A DNA stretch of 64,000 bases, taken from the NCBI GenBank assembly GCA_963710255.1, contig CAVPZJ010000004.1, positions 149,279-213,278 of the forward strand, read 5' to 3'. Made by a program: the position numbers and the translations under genes. Each line of letters starts with the position of its first letter. Within the stretch, counting starts at the first letter, position 1. The notes below the pieces were generated by a model, which made no database searches, was not told the DNA's origin, and saw only the letters and a list, made by a program, of their open reading frames with translations. Shown here in pieces: positions 11,454 through 20,882 of this stretch. Source of the stretch: an uncultured Chloroflexia bacterium (GTDB lineage: Bacteria > Chloroflexota > Anaerolineae > Anaerolineales > E44-bin32).

Positions 11454-11649
11454 GATCGGCAAACATGGCCTGGACTTGCCGGTAACATTTCAACCATTCA
11501 ACATTCCTCGATCAAGCGCCAGGTTAACCCCCGTTCACACATTCAGTACCGAGTATCTATTGAGCCATCGACCCTGACCGCGTAAGGTAAAGGGTACGCC
11601 CTCCATTCTGGAGGCGGTACCCTATCCTGGCATCATTGGAGCAAGCAAG

Positions 11650-12183
11650 ATGAGCGTGACGAATGCATTCCTTGAACTGATTGCCGCCCTGCAGGAATCA
11701 CTTCAAACGGCCAAGACGAGCGGCGCGGCCGCCTTTGAGGACGGTGATTTCGAGACGGCGCAGAGGTCCGCCGACCGCGGCAAGGCGCTGCAGGCGATCC
11801 TCGAGGCGGCCGACGGGTTGAAGCTGCAATGGGAACAGGTCGAAGACGTGGACGAGGGGGGAGATGAAAGCTGGGATGTCCAGGTCGGTTCAGAACCTTC
11901 ACAGGAGGACCTCATTTTCCCCGTCCTCTATGTCCTCGATCAGGCGGGGGGAAACGCTCCCTCGGAGGAAATCCTGGACCGGGTCGAAGCGCTTCTCAAG
12001 GAGAAGCTGACCCAGGAGGAGTTCAGCACATTGAGCGAAGGCTGGTCCGGGCCGCTGCGGGGATCAGCCATGAAGCTTGGCCGGCAGATGACCCGCAAGG
12101 GGCTGATCCACACCAAGGGCCAGGCAGGTCACTGGAACCTCACGCCGCAGGGCCGTATGAGCCTGCTTGAACAGCAGGGATAA
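11650..12183 (+). CDS. Protein with Mrr N-terminal-like winged-helix domain, no nuclease domain
   Basis: C-terminal PVLYVLDQAGG...MTRKGLI...GHWNLTPQG matches the Mrr_N pattern; N-terminal helical segment; GGAG RBS. Confidence 0.7.
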   Translation: MSVTNAFLELIAALQESLQTAKTSGAAAFEDGDFETAQRSADRGKALQAILEAADGLKLQWEQVEDVDEGGDESWDVQVGSEPSQEDLIFPVLYVLDQAGGNAPSEEILDRVEALLKEKLTQEEFSTLSEGWSGPLRGSAMKLGRQMTRKGLIHTKGQAGHWNLTPQGRMSLLEQQG

Positions 12184-12241
12184 ACCAGGCGGGTGCGCAG
12201 TGCGCACCCGAACCGATCCCACCTAAAGCCCTGTAAGTCAA

Positions 12242-13135
12242 CTACCGCGAAACGACGTTCCTGCCGGCGGCTTTTGCGCGGTAAAGCGCCTCATCCGCAA
12301 TCAGAATGAGCTCGGGCGGGGTGAGGACGACCGCCGTCCTCTCGGCAACGCCGATGCTTATGGTCGGCGTCGTTTCGTAGCCGTTTAACTTGATGGTCCG
12401 GCTGGCAATCCGTTCCCGGATGCGTTCGCCGAGGGCCTCGGTCTTGTCCAGGGTGCGGCCACGGATGAAGGCGATGAACTCGTCCCCGCCGTAGCGGCAG
12501 GCCATCCCCTTTCCACCGACTGCCTTGCCAATCAGTTTCCCCACTTCGGCGATCGTTTTCGAGCCCATCAAGTGCCCGTAGGTATCGTTGATCCGCTTCA
12601 GCCCATCCATGTCCATCATGAGCAGGGAAAGCCGCGTGCCCTCGATCAGGGCCTGGTCGAACGCCCGCTGGAACTCGCGGTCGAAGACGCGTTTGACGGG
12701 CAGGCCGGTCAGCTCATCGATGTTCATGAGCTCATCGAGGCGGGTGCGGTAGCGATGCTCGTAGGCATCTTCGAAGGTGAACTTGAGGATGGTTGATCCG
12801 ATAAAGATTTTGTCGCCCTTTTCAAGGGGCGTGTCCGTGGTGCGCCGTGAGTTGACCAGCAGCCCGTTGCGGCTATCGAGATCGGTGACCGAGTACTGAT
12901 CCTGGCTGGCTTTGTAGTCGATGCGGGCGTGCATGGCGGAGACGGTCCGGTCCTGGATCACGATATGAGCCTGGCCCGGGTCGCGCCCGATGATGGTGGC
13001 GGCGTCCTTTAAATGGTAGCGCCTGCCAAGCTCGCCGCCGTTCATGACGATGATGACCGGGGTTTGTTCGGACAGTTTGGTTTCCAGCGCGGAATCCGAC
13101 TTGCTCTCGTACGTTTCTTCGAGTACCGGGCGCAA
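12242..13135 (-). CDS. FHA-domain diguanylate cyclase
   Basis: FHA motifs (IIGRD, VSAMHARI, DLDSRNG) followed by DELTGL, DMDGLKRINDTYGH, RYGGDEF and ADEALYRAKAAGRN. Confidence 0.93.
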   Translation of the reverse strand: MRPVLEETYESKSDSALETKLSEQTPVIIVMNGGELGRRYHLKDAATIIGRDPGQAHIVIQDRTVSAMHARIDYKASQDQYSVTDLDSRNGLLVNSRRTTDTPLEKGDKIFIGSTILKFTFEDAYEHRYRTRLDELMNIDELTGLPVKRVFDREFQRAFDQALIEGTRLSLLMMDMDGLKRINDTYGHLMGSKTIAEVGKLIGKAVGGKGMACRYGGDEFIAFIRGRTLDKTEALGERIRERIASRTIKLNGYETTPTISIGVAERTAVVLTPPELILIADEALYRAKAAGRNVVSR

Positions 13136-13284
13136 TCCCTCTCTCCTCCAGGTGTGCCGCCTATTCCATTGTATAGCGCCGGGGAGTGAAATCAGCGTGG
13201 GAAAATTGTTCTATTCGGCAGTTGGTCCATTCCGCAGGTTAGGTTGATAATAGGATTGCATGCGTTAGGGATGAGGAAAACAAG

Positions 13285-14811
13285 ATGACGATTACCCTGA
13301 ATGGATCCAACCTGACCGTTGAGCAACTGGTGTCCATCGCCCGTGCTGGCGAGCAGGTCGAAGTGGCGCCAGAGGCCCTGGATCGAATCCGGGTGTGCCG
13401 GGCGATGCTGGAAAAGAAAATCGCGGCGCATGAAATCATGTATGGCGTAAACACCGGTATCGGAGAATTTTCCGAGGTCATCCTGAACGATGACCAGGTT
13501 AAGGATTTCCAACGCTATCTCATCTACAACCACGCTGCCGGGATCGGGGACCCGGCGCCGGTTGAGTACGTCCGGGGCGCGATCGCCGGCCGCATCAACG
13601 TCCACGCGCACGGGAATTCCGGCTGCCGGCCCGAGATCACCCAGACCCTGGTTGAAATGCTCAACAAGGGCGTCACACCGGTCGTCTGCCAGAAGGGCTC
13701 GGTCGGCGCCTCGGGCGACTTAGCCCCCATGTCACAGGTAGCCTTGCTGCTGATGGGGGAGGGGGAGGCCTATTACAAGGGTGAGCGGCATCCTGGAAGA
13801 GAGGCCATGTCCTTGGCCGGGATCGAGATCCCGGGGTTACAAGCCCGTGACGGCCTGGCGGTTATCAACGGCTCAAACCTGCTTACGGCGATGAGCGCCT
13901 TGCATGTCTACGACATGCAGCGCACGCTGCTCCAGGCCGAGATCGCCTGCGCCATGTCGCTGGAGGCGCTGCTTGCCAACTTGAAACCGTACGATGCGCG
14001 CCTGCACGAAGCGCGGGGGTTCCCGGGTGCAATTCGCTCAGCCAGGTCGATCATGAAATGCATCGAAGGCAGCGATCTGCATACAGGCAAGATGAAAACC
14101 AAGGTCCAGGACGCGTACTCGATGCGCTCGAGCCCGCAGGTCATCGGCGCTGCCCGTGACGCGCTCGCATTTGCCCGAGAACAGGTCGAGATCGAACTGA
14201 ACGGGGTCGGAGATAACCCGATTTTCCTGCCCGAGTTTGAACTTACCCTGACCGGGGCGAACTTCCAGGGTACGCCGGTGAGCTTGCCGATGGACCTGGC
14301 GGGCACGGCCATCACGATGGTGTGTGTGCTTGCCGAGCGGCGCTTGAACCGCTTGACCAACCCTGCGCTAAGCGTGGGACTGCCGGCCTTTCTCACCAAA
14401 GGGGCGGGGATGTTCTCGGGGATGATGCTCAGCCAGTATACGGCGGATAGCCTGATCGTCGAGCAGCGCATCCTCTCCAACCCAGCCAGCATACAATCCA
14501 TCCCGGCCGCAGCCGACCAGGAGGATTTCGTCTCGATGGGCATGAACACGGCCATCAAGAACGCCCAGATCATCGATAACGCCTATGGTGTGCTGGGGAT
14601 CGAGTTCATGGCGGCTGCGCAGGCACTCGACTTCCGGGAGTTCACTCCAGGGAAGGGCGTCCAGGCCGCGCATAAGGTCATCCGCACCCACATCGAACAC
14701 CTGGATGAGGATCGCCCGCTCTACCCGGATCACACCCGCATGAAGGAACTGGTCAAATCAGGCGAGATCCTGCAAGCGGTTGAGGCTGCCGTCGGATCGC
14801 TGGAAGGCTAA
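13285..14811 (+). CDS. hutH: MIO-dependent aromatic amino acid ammonia-lyase (histidine ammonia-lyase-like)
   Basis: YGVNTGIG, GSVGASGDLAP (MIO-forming ASG), QDAYSMR, DNP and QEDFVSMG motifs. Confidence 0.85.
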   Translation: MTITLNGSNLTVEQLVSIARAGEQVEVAPEALDRIRVCRAMLEKKIAAHEIMYGVNTGIGEFSEVILNDDQVKDFQRYLIYNHAAGIGDPAPVEYVRGAIAGRINVHAHGNSGCRPEITQTLVEMLNKGVTPVVCQKGSVGASGDLAPMSQVALLLMGEGEAYYKGERHPGREAMSLAGIEIPGLQARDGLAVINGSNLLTAMSALHVYDMQRTLLQAEIACAMSLEALLANLKPYDARLHEARGFPGAIRSARSIMKCIEGSDLHTGKMKTKVQDAYSMRSSPQVIGAARDALAFAREQVEIELNGVGDNPIFLPEFELTLTGANFQGTPVSLPMDLAGTAITMVCVLAERRLNRLTNPALSVGLPAFLTKGAGMFSGMMLSQYTADSLIVEQRILSNPASIQSIPAAADQEDFVSMGMNTAIKNAQIIDNAYGVLGIEFMAAAQALDFREFTPGKGVQAAHKVIRTHIEHLDEDRPLYPDHTRMKELVKSGEILQAVEAAVGSLEG

Positions 14812-14865
14812 GGGAATAACTTGCAGATCGATCCCCGCCGCTTGTTCCTTCGTAAGCCTGGACGC

Positions 14866-17179
14866 ATGATGGCCTCTCCCCCATCGATCGATGACATTAT
14901 CACGCTCGCCAACAAAGGCCTACGGGCTCTCGGTTTCGGCGGCGCGCTTGCCGGGTGAGAACCTGAATTTCCTCCTGGAGGGGGAGGACGGGAGACGCTA
15001 CGTGCTGAAAGTGGCCGGGGAGGGGCTGCCAGACCAGGTCATCGACCTCGAACACCGGATGATCGAGCGGCTCATCTCGGCCGGGATCGAACTGGAGCTC
15101 CCACGAATTCTCCCCAACCAGGACGGCCGGATCGAAAGCACGCTGAAGCTAGAAGACGGAAGCTCGCAGCGGGCGCGGCTGCTGGCTTTCGTGGGGGGGA
15201 CCGCCTGGGACAAGGCCGGTGATCCAACGCCCAAGCGCCTGCGAGACCTGGGCAGCAAGCTGGCCCGGATCGACCTGGTGCTGGACGGCATGGACCATCC
15301 AGCCGCCCATCGGACGCACAGGTGGGACCTGGCCAATGCCAGCCAGCACCGGGAGAAGGTTGCCCTGATCGAGACGCATGCCGAGCGGCGGCTGGTAGAG
15401 TGGGGGTTCCACCTCCATGCAGCAGGGGCGGCTTCCCGGTTGAAAGCCCTGCCGCATGCCATCATCCACGGGGATGCCAATGATGAGAACATCCTCGTGG
15501 ACGGCGAAAGGATCGTGGGTCTCCTGGATTTCGCCGACAGCCTGTACAATCCGGTCGTTTGTGAGCTGGCCATCGCCCTGGCCTACGCCATGCTCGACCT
15601 TCCCGAACCACTTGAAAAAGGGGCAGAAATTGTACGCAGCTACGATGAACTGCGGCCGCTCTCACCAGACGAAATCGAGGTCCTGTTTCCGCTGGTTTGC
15701 GGCCGGTTGAGCACGACAGTCGCGGTCGCCGCCGGAGAGGCGGGTTCTCGATCCGGACCACCCGAACTGGTTCGTGACCGAGGCCAGGGCGTGGACGCTG
15801 CTACAACACCTTGCGACCATCGAGCCGCAGTGAGGCGACCCGGGTGCTTGCCGCAGGAACACGGGACGCAGGATCGTTTGGCGTGAGCATGCCGCGCACA
15901 GAAGAATTGCTTATAAAGCGCAGAGAGAGGATTGCCCCCTCGCTCTCCATCGCCTATGACGAGCACCTCGAGATGATCCAGGGCCGGGGCCAATACCTGT
16001 TCGACGTGCGCGGAAGGCCGTTCCTCGATCTGGTCAACAACGTTTGTCACGTCGGTCACTGCCATCCACGCGTCGTCGCCGCAGGCCAGGGACAGATGGC
16101 CCGGCTGAACACCAACACACGCTACCTGTACGGCCTGCTCACAGAGTATGCCGATCGCCTTTGCGCCACGCTTCCTGCTGGCCTGGACACTTGCTTCTTC
16201 GTTAATTCCGGCAGCGAGGCCAACGAGTTGGCGCTGCGCCTGGCAGAGACTTTTACCGGACGGGGGGACTGGTTGGTCCAGGATGGTGCGTATCATGGCA
16301 ACACGACCCGCCTGGTGCAGCTCAGCCCGTACAAATTCATGGGGCGGGGCGGCTCGGGCCGGCCTGAACCATGGGTGCACATCGTCCCCATGCCCGACGG
16401 CTACCGCGGGGTCCACCGCGGGCAAGACGCGGCAACGGGCGGAGCATACGGCGACGAGGTCGGACGGGTAGTCGACCGGGTTGACGCGCCGCTGGCGGGG
16501 TTCCTGGCCGAACCGCTGCTCGGCTGCGGAGGCCAGATCATCCCCCCGCCGGGATACTTCGCGCGTGCCTTCGAACTACGTTCGTTCAGCGGGCGGGCTT
16601 TGCGTCATCGATGAAGTGCAGGTCGGCTTCGGGCGCGCCGGGACCCACTTCTGGGCGTTCGAACAGCAAGGCGTCGTGCCGGACATCGTCACGATGGGAA
16701 AACCCATCGGGAATGGCCATCCTCTGGCGGCGGTTGTCACGCGACGTGAGATCGCCGAGGCCTTCGCCAACGGGATGGAATATTTCTCGACCTTCGGCGG
16801 CAACCCGGTGTCCTGTGCAATCGGCCTGGCCGTGCTGGATGTGATCGAGGATGAAGGATTGCAGGGACGAGCCCAAGACCTCGGGCTGCGCTTCCGCTCT
16901 GGGTTGCAATCGCTGATGGATGATTTTGAACTCATCGGCGACGTGCGCGGCGTCGGCCTCTTCATCGGGATTGAGTTGGTCGAGGATCGTAAGACGCTCG
17001 AGCCGGCGGCGGATCAAGCAGCGGCATTGGTCGAGCGCATGAAAGCGCGCGGCATGCTGCTCAGCACGGATGGCCCGCTGCACAACGTGATCAAGATAAA
17101 ACCACCCATGGTCCTGGATGAACATGATGTGGACATGGTCATCCGTTCGCTCAGGGATGAACTGGAGATGATGGCCTAG
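14866..17179 (+). CDS. APH/hydroxylysine-kinase-like phosphotransferase fused to a class III PLP aminotransferase/phospho-lyase (several frameshifts)
   Basis: Kinase motifs [21 protein letters not shown] and LLDFAD, then [43 protein letters not shown] and TFGGNP across ORFs 14891-15886, 15811-16614 and 16481-17179. Confidence 0.85.
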
Positions 17180-17190
17180 CCCGGGCTATT

Positions 17191-17729
17191 TCATTCAGGG
17201 GTGCCAGTGACGGCAGGGGTAGATTCCGGGGCACGGGGAAAGTCCCAGTCGATGGGGGTCGGGACGGGACCGGTTGGCAGACCCACGGTAGATACGCGCA
17301 CTTCCTCGAAGGTCATGCCCTTGTACTGCTCGAGCGGTGTCCTGGCCAATTCCGCTTGTATCGCTGTGCGCAGCTCGGGGCTTCCAAGCTCGATCAGCAG
17401 GTCGAGGTAGCCCTGGACCCGGTCAATCATCTCGGGCGTGAGGCGTACGTCATCCCCATGCCCATCGACGAGGGCACGCAGACCCAGGTTCGAATTCGAG
17501 GATTATGCCCAGGCCATCGTCTCTTAACCTGCGCATCGTCGACGATCAGTGTGCAAAGTTCGTAGTTGTGCTGCCAGAACAGATCGATGTAGTAGCGGCC
17601 CATCTCGGTCGGTTGAAACACATCGTCATGGACGCGCCAGTAGGTATCGACGACCTCCATATAGTCCAGCGCCCGGCCGGCCGTAAACGCCGTGCCGGCC
17701 AGCAGCAAGGTCAGGATCATCCCGATCAC
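17191..17729 (-). CDS. Hypothetical secreted or membrane-anchored protein (frameshifted)
   Basis: ORFs 17427-17729 and 17191-17430 appear to be one gene with an N-terminal hydrophobic segment and a Pro/Thr-rich tail; start uncertain. Confidence 0.5.
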
Positions 17730-17986
17730 AGAGCGTACGCCGCTTTATCATCTCTGATTGCCCCGGATGTCATCCATCCCTGGATTTGATCACCCACTTG
17801 TCAGTTCCATTCTAGATGAGAAAAGCACTCGATCAACCAACGCTGTGGTCCCAATCGACCTGGAGCCTGTCTGTGTGCATGAAACCTGCAGCATGGGGGC
17901 AACCGCCGCGCTGGCGGCGGTGTTCGATTAACGTATAATCCGGATGGTTTGGTTGAGTTCACGATCGAGATGGACGGAGGCTGTGG

Positions 17987-18985
17987 ATGGAGTACCGATT
18001 TCTGGGTCGGACAGGCGTGAAGGTATCCTCGCTGTGCCTGGGGACGATGACGTTTGGCGGGGATTCTGACGAAGAGACCTCAGCGGCGGTATACCGCCGC
18101 TGCCGCGAGGCCGGCATCAACTTCTTCGACTGCGCCGACGTCTATGTCGGCGGCCGGTCGGAGGAGATCCTGGGAAACCTTGTCCGCGGGGAGCGCGACC
18201 AGGTGATCCTGGCGACGAAGGCCTATTTCGCCAGCGGTGAGGACGTCAATGCCGCCGGGTCCTCCCGCCGGCACCTGATGCTCTCGGTCGAGGCGAGTCT
18301 GCGGCGGCTTGGGACCGATCGCATCGATCTGTTCTACCTGCACCGCTTCGATGCGACCACGCCGCTCGATGAGACCCTGCGCGCGCTCGACGACCTGGTG
18401 AGCCAGGGCAAGGTGCTCTACCTCGGTGCGAGCAACTTCGCTGCCTGGCAGGTCGCCAAGGGATTGGGCATCTCGAGCGAGCAAGGCTGGGCGCGCTTCG
18501 AATGCATCCAGCCGATGTACAACCTGGTGAAGCGCCAGGCCGAGGTCGAGCTCCTGCCGATGGCAGCCGCCGAAGAACCTGGGTGTGTTCCCCTACAGCC
18601 CGATGGGCGGTGGACTGCTGAGCGGGAAGTACGCCGTCGACCAGCAAGCCTGACAGCGGCCGGCTGGTGGAGAACAAGATGTACATCACTCGCTACGGGG
18701 CACCGTGGGTCATGCAGACCGCGCAGGATTTTGCTGCCCTCGCCCAGCAGTACGGTCACCATCCCGCCGCGCTGGCGGTGGCGTGGGTCAGGAGCCATCC
18801 CGCCGTCACGGCACCCATCATCGGCGCCCGCAACCTCGAACAGCTTGAATACGACGCTGGGCGCGCTGGAGATCGAGCTGGGCGAGGCGCTCAGAGCTGA
18901 GATTTCGGCATTATCGCCCGAACCCCCGCCGGCGACGGACCGCAACGAGGAGCGGACGACCACCAACTTCGGGGTGCGCCAGTAG
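17987..18985 (+). CDS. Aldo/keto reductase (compensating frameshifts around 18575-18850)
   Basis: LGRTGVKVSSLCLGTMTFG, FFDCADVY, LATK, SLRRLGTDRIDLFYLH, GASN and QPMYNL motifs; PIIGARNLEQL lies in an alternate frame. Confidence 0.93.
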   Translation: MEYRFLGRTGVKVSSLCLGTMTFGGDSDEETSAAVYRRCREAGINFFDCADVYVGGRSEEILGNLVRGERDQVILATKAYFASGEDVNAAGSSRRHLMLSVEASLRRLGTDRIDLFYLHRFDATTPLDETLRALDDLVSQGKVLYLGASNFAAWQVAKGLGISSEQGWARFECIQPMYNLVKRQAEVELLPMAAAEEPGCVPLQPDGRWTAEREVRRRPASLTAAGWWRTRCTSLATGHRGSCRPRRILLPSPSSTVTIPPRWRWRGSGAIPPSRHPSSAPATSNSLNTTLGALEIELGEALRAEISALSPEPPPATDRNEERTTTNFGVRQ

Positions 18986-19226
18986 CCAGGCCTGCGCGCT
19001 GGCGACTGCAGCGGAAGTGACCCAACCCGCAGCCGCGATCAGAGCCTGTCTCCTGTCCGGGCGCACCTCTCCAAGCTGTTGGATTGGACCCGTAAGCAAC
19101 CTGGACATAGTGCCGCCCGAGCGTTGAATTGCGACAGGGTGAAACACTCAGCTTCAAGAGCTTGACCAACCGAGGGAAGTCTTGACACGAATATAGTAGA
19201 AACATTCCCTGCTCTTCCTTCTGCTC

Positions 19227-20744
19227 TTGCTTATGTTCCTGGTTCCAGCCATGGCCTGCAACGCGCCCGGCCGCCTCATTCGACCCAGTTCGGGGTTCTC
19301 AGCCGAAGATCTGCGCCAGACGGTGGAGGCCATGCCCTTGCCGGGGACGTCAACCCCTGCGCCGGGCAGCACGCCCGGGGGAGGGGTTGGCGCCAATCCC
19401 GCCCATGCTCAGGCGCCCACCCCGTTCCCGACTGCGCCGGGTTCGATCTACCAGTACGAGACCCGGCCCGGCGATACGCTTGCCTCGCTCGCCCGCAGGT
19501 TTGGCGTCGATCCAGCCCAGATCTTCAGCCCGGCATCCCTGAATGTTCAGGGTTATCTACCCGCCGGCACCTTCCTCACCATCCCCGACCAGGTCGGCCA
19601 GGTGTCCCCCCCGCAGCTCATCCTGCCGGACAGCGAGCTGGTGTACTCGCCGACGGCGCGCGATTTTAACGTGCAGGCTTTGTGGACCAGGCCGGCGGAT
19701 ACCTGGCCGGGTATCAAGAACTGCTCAAGGATAAGCAAAGTGCTCAGTGGGGGCGAGATCATCCAGCGTGTGGCAAATGAGCTCTCGGTGAACCCGCGGC
19801 TTGCTGCTGGGCGTTGCTCGAAATGCGCAGCGGGTGGGTCTTCGACAACCCACCGGGCGCAGCCCAGGAGCGCTACCCGCTCGGGTTCGGTATAAGCGGT
19901 CGGGAAGGCTTGTATGAAGAAGTGCGCATCGCCGCCACCCAGCTCAACCTGGCCTACTACGGTTGGCGGGAGGGTAGCTTCCAGACCATCCACTTCAAGG
20001 ATGGCGGAACCGTCCGGCTGAACCCAACGCTGAACGCGGGGACGGTCGCCATCATGCACCTGTTCACGCTCTTCTCGGAATTCGAGCCGTGGGTCGGGGA
20101 GGTTTACGGACCCAACGGTTTCGCCGTTCGCTACCGTGGCATGTTTGGCGAGCCCTGGGTGCGCGAGGCGATGATGGGCCCACTGCTGCCGGCGGACCTG
20201 GTTCAGCCATCCCTGGAATTGCCCTTCTCGCAGCGGGGAAGCATGGGCGCTCACGGCAGGGCCCCATAACGCCTGGAACGCGGGGACCCCGCTGGGCGCA
20301 CTGGATCTGTCGCCGATCACGGCCGAAGAGGCGTGCGCCATATCCTTCCGCTGGGTCACCGCCGCCGCGCCCGGGGTGGTCGTACGGGCAGTCGACAACG
20401 CAGTCGCGCTCGACCTGGATGGGGATGGCTACGAGGGCACCGGCTGGGTGCTGGTGTACTTCCATATCGCCAAAGCTGGGATGGTCGCACAGGGTGCCCG
20501 TCTCGATGCGGACGCCAGGATCGGGCATCCCTCCTGTGAGGGTGGACTGACGACAGGCACGCATGTGCATATCTCCCGAAAGTACAACGGCGAGTGGCTG
20601 CCTGCAGATAGCCCGGTTCCCTTCGTCCTGAGCGGGTGGCAGGCGCAAGCTGGTGAACGCATTTATACCGGACAAATGGTACGCGGCGGTGCGGTGGTGA
20701 ACGCCGATCCCAGTGGCAGGGCGGGTTCGACGATCCAGCGCTGA
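19227..20744 (+). CDS. LysM plus M23-like peptidase lipoprotein (frameshifted)
   Basis: Lipobox AMAC, LysM (YETRPGDTLASLARRFGV), and C-terminal AAAPGVVVR...YFH...IGHPSCEGG...GTHVH; split over 3-4 ORFs; true start may be about 45 bp upstream. Confidence 0.8.
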
Positions 20745-20882
20745 CGAAGCCTCGCTAGCAAGCCACGCAAATCGCAACCTTTCCTTTCGGCATCCTTTCA
20801 GAAACGAGTACGTGGAAACTGCATTGCCTTGAACGGCAATCCGTGGGACAAGGCGAAGAGCAGGGGAGAAATTAGCTGGCAG

